Source: Marsupella aquatica
Lineage: Eukaryota > Plantae > Marchantiophyta
Length of the DNA stretch: 64,000 nucleotides
Assembly (NCBI GenBank): GCA_973895155.1
Contig: OZ316895.1
Span: 5,211,181-5,275,180 of the forward strand
Reading direction: 5' to 3'
The notes beneath the pieces were generated by a model. That model worked only from the letters and a program-made list of their open reading frames with translations. It was not told the DNA's origin and searched no databases. Shown one piece after another: positions 1 through 10,849 of the stretch; the stretch's first letter is position 1; each line of letters opens with the position of its first letter. The translations under genes and the position numbers were made by a program.

Positions 1-474
1 CCGTGGAGGTGCCATTGAAAGTGAACTAGGACGAGAACAAGAAGCGCGAACAAGAACGTGAAGGAGGACAACAACGTGAACTAGGACGAGAATGAGAAAT
101 GAGGACGAGAAGGAGAACAAGAACGTGCACGAAAGCCAAAAAGAACAACTGGGCCCGAATGCGAGAACGGGAACCACGCGCCCAAAAGATGAGCCACAAT
201 TGCGACTCAGTAAAGAATGGCTTGACAATGAGGACATTGGAGGAGAACGACTAGATATAAGGAGAGTTTGCACTTGGTCCTGGCTGCCCACTTTGAAGAG
301 GACCCTCTGATATAACTTTCAGGGATGCTTCCTCTCTGACACATTTGGACCCGGACGGATCGGATTCGCGAAGATCCAGTGGAGATCTTAAAGTGTGCCA
401 ACTTAATGACTCGTACTGTATCGCATTATCGTACTTATCCTTCCATTGAATGTTTTCAAGTCCATTGAAATAGG

Positions 475-618
475 TAGCGCCAGGCGCTATTATTTATTGC
501 CTTCGTACTCCTCACCCAAGAATGTTTGCACCCAGAGGTAGCGCCAGGCGCTATTATTATTGGCATTCATAGTCCTCACCCAAGGGTGTTTTACACATAG
601 AGATAGCGCCAGGCGCTA
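475..618. repeat. Three ~64-bp tandem units, each carrying the palindrome TAGCGCC-A-GGCGCTA
   Basis: Copies at 475-489, 539-553 and 604-618; variants recur at 2834, 2891, 2994 and 4710. Confidence 0.9.
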
Positions 619-793
619 GTAACTATGAACCCGAATCCTGCCGTTGGTAAGACGACAAAACGTCATTGATGGAGTGCGTCCAAATCCATAACGACTCTAT
701 AATGAGAATGGAACGTTTACTTCTCGTACTCGAATCTCATGATAAACATATTTCATTTCGCGTGGGGCAAATGCATATCCCTCTTTTGAATCC

Positions 794-3700
794 ATGGCTC
801 AAAATATCGTTGTCATGAGGAAGGACACTCTGGATGTAATCACAATTCCCGTTCTCAAATCATCTGAATCAAAGCGTGTTTCAGAGGAATATTTGGGAGT
901 GAGATTTGATGTCACCAAGGAGTCTATTTTAGCGATCTCGTTAGTGTCGGTTTGTTTGGGGGAGACTCCAGTTTTCTATGATGTTGTTCATGGTCTAAGA
1001 TATTGGACTCTGGAGGCTCAGAAAGAATATGAGGTTTTTGTTTTGAGAGATTCTGGGGCCTCCTATACTCGTCCTCCCACAGTGGCTGAACTCGATGTCA
1101 TCGAACTCTCGGAAAGTTCTGGAGATGATAAGCAAGCGACAATTACTCTCGGAGAGAAGATTCCAGTTTACCCATCCGAGGTTAAAAAGGAGTCTAATGC
1201 GGATCGAGAAATGATTGTGCCTTTGACTGTGTACCGACAGAGTGCAATGGATACAATCTTGAAATCCAAAGGTCATAGTGAATTGTCTCGGTTTATAAGG
1301 GGGAGTGATTTTGTTCATCACGTAGTGCCTAGTCTTCCCACATCTTACAATGGGAATGTGGTTTTTGAGTTACCCCCGGTAGACTGTGTGAACGCAAAAG
1401 GTGAACGTTTGAAAGATATGGATCGTGGTAAGGATTGTTATTATTGGACTCAGATTGTGAAAACGTCTTCAAATGTTCTTCCGAAGAAAATGTGGGATTT
1501 CGGGAAAGTCCAGTGTACGGGATCGCTGCAGTGTCGAAATAATGCTTGTCCGTGGTGGAAAGACAACAAGTTTCGAAATAATGAGATGTGGGCAAGAACC
1601 CCAAAACTTTCGGGCCCATTCAGAGTTGGGGAATTGATCTCCGAAGGTGGAGTTGTTTGTCACCATTGCTCCGAACCTCCGATGTGCGTTGAGGCCTGCC
1701 CTGCTCTAATGTTCTACATGTATCCATCTGCAAAAGTTGACGTTAAGTCTTTGGCCCACATGTCGCGACTAGCTGTTCATATGGGATTTCACAATCATCC
1801 CAGTGAACGGGTCTTTTCGAGGGAGGCAGAAAACGTTGCAAAGTCTCATCTGGAGAAGGGATTCACTGCAAACCCGATGGCATCCCCAGTAGGGATTAAA
1901 AATTCTGCGATTGAGACACTGACGAATACATTTTGTGAGGCCTCTGTTGAAGAAATCTCTCTTGAAGAAGAGAAGGAAATTTGGGAGTCCCTGATGGTCA
2001 TCGCATCTCCTCAGAAGTTTGCATCCGTGTTAAGGAGTGTCCGTCAAGATCAGAAGGGGAAAGGGGAACTGGAATTTCTTATGAGGATGCAAAAGTGTAT
2101 CCGACTGCCTTTTCTTCATAGGTTCTTGCTCCCTGGTCAAGGCTGTCGGGACGAGAGTGCTCATATCTTTAAAATGACCGTAAAAGGTGACGGTAGTGGT
2201 CTGGACCTACTCCAAAGAATGAAACCTGGTGGGTCGTTAGAGGGTTCATGGGTAAGTTTTGACGTGATGCATCGAAGCACGGCAGATTGGCTTACTTTCA
2301 GTGCCCATGTATATGATCATCATTATCGGGCACTTTGCACCATATTCACTTGTGAGCTAAAGGCCGAAGATGCAATATCTTTGGAGAGAGCCTGGCATTT
2401 GATGTTAGAGGTTGCCGATGAAAATGGTTTACAGGATGTTACAATTCGGGGATTCATGGCGGACAATGCTCAGGCTGGTTGGAATGCTGTTTGAAACGTG
2501 TTCTTTGACGGTGTACCCGACCCAGAGCGAGAAAGATCATATGCCTTTCATTTTTTCCAATCTTTTCATCGTCATTCCCGAGAAGGTGTAAAAGATGGAA
2601 AGCACGGAGAGCACAAGGAGATGTGGGATCGTCTTCGGAACGCGCCAACTTTCTTGAAAGCATATCGAATCTCTAGGGAAATCGATGACTAGTGGAGGTC
2701 TGGCAATTGTCACTCAGGCAAACTTCGGATGCTGCAAGGGTGGCTGTCTTGGTGGGTTGTCCGATGGAGACAATGGGGGAACTTCATAAGACTGGTGAGT
2801 TATACACTTCTCTAGGATGCATGTTCCCATTAATAGCGCTCGGTGCTAGTGAATCATGTGTGAGATAGAAGGGTTCCTTATCTGCAATAGTAGCGCCGAG
2901 CGCTAATAATCCATTTGGACTATGAGTGATGTAAGGACTACCTTTATTCTGTGTTAAACGGTTCTTTACATGGAAATATCATCATCAGTTTATTAGCGTC
3001 TGGCGCTACTGTTATTTCCATTGTGTTGCCACTTTTGTGTGCAATTTCTTACATGTACTAAACCCTTGCGTGCAACGTTTCAGAGCAAGAGTGCCGAAGA
3101 GGCTGGGATGATTCCTAATTGTACTGGTTCGGAATCTAGGCATGCTAGAATGAAAGCATGGCAACAAAAAAAAAGGTTGGTCTATTTGAAGGATGTAAAA
3201 CGGACCAAAATAGAGCGGTTGCTCAAATTGCTGCTTATACTGCATACAAAAGGGGATTGAGCAGAGGAACTGGCCCAACTATTTTTGAGCTTGCCTTCAG
3301 ATCGGCGGACCTGGCGGGGTCACCGCGTCTCTTTGAGGAAGCCACCAATCTCCTCCTGTCGAACGCTGCTGAGTTTGATTTGGAAAGAAGCGTTCCATTG
3401 AATGGTGATGTTATAACTCGATCGGTGAAACAAAAAGGACATGCAATTGGGAACGTCTCGGCAGAAGACTCGCACAGACATGATACCATCCTTGTTACTT
3501 CACCAAATACAAAAGGTTTGAAAAGGAGAAACCTGCATTCCACTGATTTCGAGAAAATGCCTTCTACGCCTTCAGCCGGTGGAATTGATGCGGTCCATAA
3601 TTTGTCAGAAAGCGATGCTTCTGACGAAGTTGTGGTCATTGACACACCTACACGTCGAGCAACGAGATCCTCTGTCCCACCAGTGACGCCTGCAAGACCT

Positions 3701-4609
3701 GTCGAGACTGCATATTGTCATTCAGTTTCCCCAATGGAAAGTGAAGTACCTCTCGGTGCCTGGCAGTTGCGTCGGACCTCAAAATGGGGTGCGGGTCCAG
3801 TGTGTAACGGAACCCTTGGACGGGGAGGTAGTCGTGATGAATGTCGAAATCGAGTAAAGAAGGTTGGTCTTCCGAATCCAGATGGTGTTGTTGCAATTTC
3901 CGTGAGAGGATGCAGAATGTTCAGGGGGCAACCTTATAACGATCAGATATGGTTTTGCCCCAACAACCACTGTCACTGAAGCACAACAAGGAGAGGAGTC
4001 TCGAACATTCCCAATGTTCCTTCACATCTCCCAATTGCTAGAGGGACCAATCTTTCTGGAGCAGAGATTCAATTTTTGAAAGAACAAGGACTTATTCTCT
4101 CCGAAGGCCGTGGAGATGAAATCGAAGCACCGTTGCCTTCTGCGTTACGGATTGATGTCAATCTTTTCCCGGAGAGGATCAACCTAACTGACCCATCTGT
4201 GAGGTGCACTTCAAGGAACGGGAAGAAATGCTTGCAAAGAGTGCATCTTACCCAAACGCATTTGAAGAGAATTGAAGCCTCTGAAAAAGAAGTGATGAGT
4301 GTCATTGGAGAGAGAGTGATCACGAGTGGAAATGCGTCGGGGAAACAGTTTTGTATCCGGACCCATGAACATGAGAGATCAGTCGCCTCTTATTGGGTTC
4401 AGATCTGTTGTTTTCCATGTTGCTCTTGCGAGGATTTCTACCGTCGACATACTTATCGGAAGCCTTACATGCCTTGCAAACATGTGTATTGGGTGTTCAA
4501 GAATGTGTTCAAACTGGATGTGCTCGAATCGACATTATGTAGCCAGCCAATTCTAATGTTGGGAGAAGTCCGTTACATACTTGATAGCCAGTTGGGAACG
4601 AGAACGTAG
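794..4609 (+). pseudogene. MULE transposase pseudogene: GCM/WRKY-like zinc finger + DDE core + C-terminal SWIM zinc finger
   Basis: D1 WVSFDVMH (GAC 2261), D2 FMADNAQAGWNAV (GAC 2462), MULE CxxH decayed to YAFH (TAT 2540), E in PNCTGSESRH (GAA 3132). SWIM-type CSCEDF..PCKH at ~4420-4485. N-terminal CTGSLQCxNxxC..CHHC..C..HMGFHNHP at ~1510-1800. Phase-0 intron GTGAGT 2795 to CAG 3083. In-frame stops at 2492, 2690 and 3977, and one frameshift near 3155-3175. Confidence 0.85.
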
Positions 4610-4899
4610 ATTGTTGCTTGATTGTTGAACAGCTACAACTGTAGTTTGTCTTTTCTAACGGGCAGAAGTGTGAGTTCTTCAAGTGTTGTTTTTTTGTATA
4701 ATACTATACTAGCGCCGGGCGCTAGTATTGTATGACTTTGTTTCGACTTCATATTTTGTGGCAATATATTGGAGTCCTTGTGTGAAATCGTCGAGAAATT
4801 TCCTCTAATGTTGTACAATGGTGGGACCCACCATAATATTGTCCACACAATTATTGCATATATGGACGCTACATACCGTGACGAGAAGAAACTAAAATG

Positions 4900-5051
4900 C
4901 ATACAAGAAAAAAAATACTCATACAAGAAAACAGAAACTCATACAAGAAAACAGAAACTCGTACGAGTAAATAGATATGCTCATACGAGGAACTTGTTTA
5001 CTCGTACGAGACAAAATTTTGCTTGTACGAGGCAAAATTGGCTCGTATGAG
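4900..5051. repeat. Subterminal repeat array (CTCGTACGAG palindrome and transition variants)
   Basis: ctcgtacgag at 4958 and 5001, ctcatacgag at 4980, cttgtacgag at 5022, ctcgtatgag at 5042, plus ctcatacaagaaaacagaaa twice. Confidence 0.85.
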
Positions 5052-5091
5052 AATATCTATTTACTATTTGCTAGCACGGTGGTTATACCCC

Positions 5092-6095
5092 TCCTGGTCG
5101 TCTCCCCAAATCCACTCCTGATCCAACTTAGTGAGTATAGTTAAAGGTTTAGCAAGCTGGCTAAATCCTTTAACATACCTCCTATAGTAGCTCGCCAATC
5201 CCAAGAATGCACGAACTCTGCTCACATCAGTAGGACAAGGAATCTGTGTAATGGCCTCCACCTTAGTTTGTTGCACACCCAATCCTCCTAGGTAGATAGT
5301 GTGGCCCAAATACTCAATCTTCTCTTGAAAGAACTTACACTTGCCGGGATGGAGCTTCAATCCATGTTCCCTCAATCTCTCAAACACAATCTGCAAATGT
5401 CTCTGATGTTCTTCCACAATAGAAGAATAAACCAAAATATCATCAATATAACATCTGACAAAATCCAAACCTGCAAGGATTCGATCCATGACTCTCTGGA
5501 ACTCAGCTGGTGCATTCTTCAACCCAAATGGTAAGAACAACCACTGGTACAAATGATCTTTGCCATAAGAATCAATCCCCCAAAATGCTGTCTTGGACCT
5601 GTTAGAATGCCTAATTGGTAACTGATGGTACCCCGCCCTGAGGTCCAACGAACTAAAAATCCTTGCATGCCCCACTGCATCAAAGATCTCCTCCGGTGTG
5701 GGCATGGCATATCGATCAGATTTTGTCTGACAATTAATAGGCCGGTAATCACTGCACATTCGCCTATCCGTGTAATTGCCATGCACATCCTTCTTGGCTG
5801 GCATCACTGTGGCAGATGCATACTCTCCGTATGAAATCTCCACCAAACTAGCTTCCAACAAATCCTGAGTTCTACTCCGGATCAATGCCCTCTCCATATC
5901 ACTATATCGATATGGTCGTCGAAAGATTGGCGCATCACTAGCCAATTCAATCTGAATACCAGGGCCCTTCAATGTTCCCAAATCCTTCATGCTAAATGCA
6001 AAACAATTCCAATAACTCTTCAAGAATTGATACATTCGACGTCTCTCATCCCCTGTCAACTTAGGGCCAATTTGTGGCTCCCAACTCTCCATCAA
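5092..6095 (-). other. Reverse transcriptase domain (gypsy type); ends before RNase H
   Basis: YIDD at 5439-5450 with the conserved RT blocks around it; similarity stops at EWIWGDDQE. Confidence 0.95.
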
Positions 6096-6339
6096 AGTTG
6101 TGATGTCTTCCTTTGGGGTTGAAGAGATAGTCGGTGGTTGCTATTTAGCAACAATTTGAGCAGTCCCAACCTGCTCAACAATCTGTCCTGTCTTGGCCAA
6201 TCCCGCCATAGGTCCATGGACTATCTACTCGCCCCCAGTTGTGGTCGCTACTGTCTCAGTAGACCGCAAGCTCACCAACGGACGATCAGTAACACCAAAA
6301 GAGCGCATCCGCAATTGTTCAGCTAATCCCAAACTGATA

Positions 6340-7290
6340 ATCCAAGTCAAGCAATTCAAATCCATGGCTTGACCAAGGACCTGGCGGCGTGAACTCTCTG
6401 ACATAGAAGCAACTGCAGTAGTGCTTGTCAAAAATCCCATAGCACGCTCTTTTTCATCAGAAGTAGGTTCCACTAACTGCTGTAGAGCTGTATCCCATAC
6501 AAGTCCAGGCCCACCTGCTCTGAATGCATATGAAGCAGAATGGCTCACAAAAGTGGGTAATGCACAACGTGGGCGACCAACTACATTGACCACTGCCAAT
6601 GGAGGTCTGTCAGGCTGGGTCACACCTTGTGCACGACGCCCTGGATCCAAAATATCATCCACCACCAAGGCTGTTGAGCAAGGAATGCTATCAAATGCTC
6701 GCTTCAACACCTCACAAGGTAACAAATTAGTCCACCACAAGCGTGGACGATGTGCACGAGAACCCACACGTGCAGCATCCAATAACACAACAGGTCCAAT
6801 CCAAGACTTAACCTGATGAACGCTGGCAACAAGTCGATGATGATCATCACCCAATAATGGCACATTCTCCAAAATGTAGGCAGGGGAATGTGTCTGATGC
6901 AACTGAAGATGACGCAATACCCATAATATCTCCCAAAACAATACAGATCTTGGATCATGAAGTCCATGTCCAACTCCAGCTCTAGATTGACCCTGACATG
7001 GCCAACCCGCAATCACCAAATCAATGGGGCCAACGCGATCCAAATGATCCGCCCCCACCAATGAAATATCAGTTGGCAATGCATGTTGATAACCACAAAC
7101 GGCATCCACTGGCAATAATTGTGGGTAACGTTCAACCAACAATGCCACATGACGTAATGAGACTCTACGTGCTGTCTCATAAGTCTCCACATACAAATAA
7201 CGACGCACAGGAATGTCGGCTTGAAGAACGGTAGCCAATCCAGTGCTAATTTCACCAAATAAATCCAACAAACAAATACCCTCATGTGGA
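6340..7290 (-). other. C5 cytosine DNA methyltransferase domain (DNMT3-like, non-permuted)
   Basis: Motif I LDLFGEISTG (~7240-7270), motif II YVE, motif IV IDLVIAGWPCQGQSRAG (PCQ 6993-7001), motif VI YILENV (6861-6869), motif VIII AHRPRLWWTNL (RPR 6741-6749), motifs IX/X EKERAMGF..SRRQVLGQAMD. Confidence 0.93.
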
Positions 7291-7699
7291 TATTGCCATG
7301 CAATAGGAGTAGTATCCAGTGGTGAAAGAGTCACTGGTCCATTTGCAGTTGATTGCTCTGCTCCTGATTGCGGTGTAAAAACATGACGCCATGCATCATG
7401 TATCAATCGGGCCGCACTTTGTGGCAAGGCCTGTCCAGGACCCCATACTGGTGTCATAACACTATCAATGGGCAATCCATGCATGAAGTGTTCCTCATGT
7501 GCCTCCTCCACCGTAGGGACATCTGTTGCATGTGCGTTACCCTCAATCAAATCATCAGCCCCAGTAATCAAACTACTGAATGTTGCCAAAGATAATGGTG
7601 CAGATTTGGGGCCTCCAACAGGTCCACTAAATCGCACGGGCAATTGACTCAATCGAGCATCTCTAGATTGCCAATCAGGTCGGTACGACACTAATTCAT

Positions 7700-8010
7700 T
7701 CCAAAAATCAAGAACAAATTCCATAGGATAGAGAACTGTACATCCCACCAAGACATCATATGACTCAGTCTTAGTCAAAATAGCTCGAGCCTGGATCCGT
7801 GAGTTATCCTTTGAATGATCCTCCTGAATCCTAAGTTCAAGTGCTCGTCGAGTGATATGTTGTGTGGGTGTAGGTCCTCCCAATGAAGTCTGAATGGGAA
7901 AGGGACACTCCTCCAAATCATCAGGACGCAATCCCAATCCTCTTATCGCAGACTTACCCAACATCAAGGGCTGAGCACCAGTATCCAGTAACACTCGCTC
8001 TGGCTGGTAT
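7700..8010 (-). other. Retroviral-type aspartic protease domain
   Basis: VLLDTGAQ (DTG at 7977-7985) and downstream YDVLVGCTVL (hydrophobic-Gly motif). Confidence 0.85.
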
Positions 8011-8879
8011 ATTGTTCCAGAAGGCCCAACTAATCGGAAGATACCACTCTGATTATCCAATGATATGACGCTAGGTTTAAACCTAGTCCTCTCATAAGCA
8101 GGGCGCGTTGGTAAATCTATCAACCTTGCCGTTGCTGCATGCCATGTTTCATTACTGGCAATAGGTGGATTCAACTCCACTACTTCAGAATTGGGCGTTG
8201 CTTCTGCACGTGAAGCAACAGCTGGAGTGTCCTCACATAATGTGGCCGCCAATCTGAACACCTCTGTTGGACTAACTCCCAATGTCAACATATCCGTAGC
8301 TGAAAATAATGGCGGGCGTACTATAGTAGTGGCCGCCCCCAACAGGGTACTTGTCATCCCTGTCACAACATCACTTGAATCCGCCAACTTACCCCCACCT
8401 GGGTTAGTCCGAACCGGATTCATAGAGGTAGTTTGAACTGCCTCTAACAATGTAAACAATTGGGGAAGCTTCGTTTGACGACGAATATCCCCTCTCTGAG
8501 GATCCAACTCTACCACTACTCCTCGTGGCTCAAGGGCTTTAACTGCTCCTCGAGTCAAAGCTGCTGATGCATCAACATGCGCAATGCCACACATAAATCC
8601 CATGGTGGCAAGATCTCCATCAGCTCCATAAGAGGTTGAAGCTCCATAGGATGTAGAAGCCCCATCACTAGCAGTAGGTCTAACTTGAGAACTAGCCATT
8701 GCAGCTAGTTGTTGCTCCAATTTAGCAATCTTTGCATCCTTAGGATCTGTGGTAACGGTAGGAGCAACATCACCTCCCTGTCTTCTTGCATGTGGCATGC
8801 CTCGACCACGTCCACCACCTCTACCTCCTCTTCCCTGATCATATGCACGTGGTCCTCCCCGTCGTAGTTCAGGATGAAG

Positions 8880-10112
8880 TACAAAACACCTATCTTTGGT
8901 GTGTCCAGAAACTCCACAATGATCACACTGTCGTTGATCAGGTGTAGATGCCCCTCCTTGCCCCCTATTATCTGGGCAATATCTTTGTGCATGATCCCCA
9001 CCACAAGTCCAACATCCTGATTGTTGTCCAGCATAAGAAGGCACAGGTCTCTGACTAGTAGATTCCAGTGTTGTAGGCTTCTCTCTCTGGCTCTTACGTA
9101 CAGTAGGTTGCGGTGTGGTCGTCAATGCAACCTTTGGTGCTTCCTTGGCAAATCCAGAAGTCACCACCTTCTCATTCACTATATTGAGCTCAATGCGCTC
9201 AGCAAGTGCAAAAACTATAGCCAATGTGGGATCTGAATCCCTCAATAGAGTGGCATCTCTCACTCTACGACGCAACTCCCTATCCAAAATTGCATACCAA
9301 AATTGGACCGCTTGGGCCTCTATCACTCCTTGTGTGACCGTAATCAATCTTCGCATACGAGTGTATGCCTCACGTAGGCTCTCTCCAGTCTTGCGCTGGA
9401 ATTCCTGAAGACCCTTCAACTTATCGGTTCTCACACCCTGGTAGTTCTGCTTCAATACTTCAAAGAACTTCATCACAGGGTTAAATGTTGGCGCAGCTCC
9501 ACTCCCAACCACAATCACACCGGTAGGAGTAGCGGTGGATGTTGATGGAGTGCCACTCTGGCTAGTGCTGCTAGAAGAAGCCGCAGCTGTAGCAATGGGT
9601 TGGGCAACCGCACTTGTGCCATAAGTGATGGACACATAGTTTGGTGACCAATGCTGTCTCCATGCCTCAATATCCACTAAATGAGCCTTTCAAAACTCAT
9701 GGTAGTCATCCATGGGTGGCCCCTCCAAATGTTGAAACAACCCTTTCCAAGCCATGAAAGGTGTGAACAATGTGGCATTACGCATTGTCTGCATATCACA
9801 CCACGTATCAAACTCTTGGATGACATCATCCAAATCAATCGTGCCAACTGCACCAGAGTATCTCCTCGGTCCTTTCGTGGCCCCATACATCTCTTCCATA
9901 TCCCACAACAATGGCACAATCACTTGATGTCGAGGAGAACTGGCTACTAAGTTCTCGTCAGAATCACTATCCGAAACCCCACTTGTAACCACTAACAATG
10001 TCGTCGGCCAAAATTGCACTCCACTCCGAGTGAAACCAGACCGTCGTCCCTCGGGTAGCCCCGTATCACCAGAGGACTCCGTGATGACCAATTTTCCCTA
10101 AATGGTCACCAT
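8880..10112 (-). other. Gag domain with two zinc knuckles
   Basis: Retrotransposon gag-like segment LQEFQRKTGESLREAYTRMRRL; knuckles CWTCGGDHAQRYC (~8977-9015) and CDHCGVSGHTKDRC (~8886-8928), followed by an RG-rich tract. Confidence 0.85.
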
Positions 10113-10301
10113 CAACTCACCACTATCAATAATCAATCGATTGGTGAAACGGTGTTCCGCGGATACCCATCACTCAATCGCGGAACGGTTCCGTCAATTT
10201 GCTTGGAGATCGCGATTTTGGCGGAATTTTTGCGGAACTCCGCAAATCGCAACTCCAAACGAGCAACTCAACAACTCAAAGCTCCGCATCCACTCGAGCT
10301 T

Positions 10302-10312
10302 TCTCAACACCA
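10302..10312 (-). promoter_or_regulatory. Primer binding site TGGTGTTGAGA (non-iMet; possibly tRNA-Leu)
   Basis: Lies 3 nt inside the LTR end and begins with TGG (complement of tRNA CCA). It differs from the iMet PBS TGGTATCAGAGC. tRNA identity is tentative. Confidence 0.6.
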
Positions 10313-10315
10313 ACT

Positions 10316-10722
10316 TGTAACGGATCGAGATACCAGCGATCCGTTCAACAACAAAATGAAGCTGATCAGAATTCGAAGCTGATCTTTCAATGTAATCTTC
10401 TTCAATAGTGCAAATCGAACAACGATCAGAGCTAATCTAACAACGATCCCATCCGACGCGATCACACATGTATGTCAAGCCCAACGCACCTTGTGCTTCA
10501 AGGAATCCACGTTACATGCACACAACCTGGTCAGCCACACCATAGCCACCAAGCTCATGCTCAAAGGCTCAACATTGAAAGATGAGGCCTTTGAGCCAAC
10601 ACAAGGGGATAACTATCCCTCACACCAACTCAAACTAAACATAGTGCTCATGTAGCACACATACAAAACCTCTATACCTAGATAGTACGATATACTTTAC
10701 TACCACTCTAAATGGTGTGACA
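10316..10722 (-). repeat. 5' LTR (~407 bp) of the gypsy element
   Basis: Minus strand starts TGTCAC (10722) and ends GTTACA (10316), i.e. TG..CA ends with a short inverted terminus. It is followed after 3 nt by a TGG-initiated PBS. The partner LTR is not in the window, so the outer boundary is inferred. Confidence 0.7.
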
Positions 10723-10849
10723 AATGAGACTTGTACAAGTAGTTGTGTCTAACTAGTGTACAAATTGGAGACCAGGCTAATAATTTGAGACCATTCAAAA
10801 GCTCTTCTTTTTATCAAAAACTGTAAGTAGAGGTCCCCCTATTTCTATG

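Larger units (their letters stand above)
1..5091 (+). mobile_element. Mutator-like (MULE) DNA transposon, right-hand part; left end outside the window
   Basis: Contains a decayed DDE transposase (794-4609), dispersed TAGCGCC-N-GGCGCTA palindromes and subterminal CTCGTACGAG-type repeats (4900-5051). It abuts the retrotransposon RT at ~5088-5091 (minus strand reads GGGGTATAACCACCGTGCTAGC, a putative TIR start). Confidence 0.7.
5092..10112 (-). pseudogene. Single-frame gag-PR-DNMT-RT polyprotein with 4 in-frame stops
   Basis: ORFs 9690..10091, 6225..9677 and 5064..6095 are all in one frame from ATG 10112. They are interrupted only by TAG 10098-10100, TGA 9690-9692, TAG 6225-6227 and TAG 6141-6143; no frameshift is needed. 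Confidence 0.9.
5092..10722 (-). mobile_element. Ty3/gypsy LTR retrotransposon encoding a cytosine DNA methyltransferase (3'-interrupted after RT)
   Basis: Order on the minus strand: LTR, PBS, gag with zinc knuckles, protease (LLDTGA), C5-MTase, RT (YIDD). RT motifs are gypsy-type (RMCSDYRPIN, LDLRAGYHQL, LPFGLKNAPAEFQR, KCKF..IEYLGH, FLGLASYYRRYV). Confidence 0.93.

Noticed and set aside
475-618. Palindromic repeats with regular spacing, superficially CRISPR-like
   Set aside because: The intervening sequences are similar to each other (tandem units), the context is a eukaryotic TE, and no cas genes are present.
6340-7290. MTase as a host DRM/CMT gene or a bacterial contaminant
   Set aside because: It is intronless and in frame with gag, protease and RT, its motif order is not permuted as in DRM, it has no chromo/BAH domains, and it is flanked by intron-containing plant genes.
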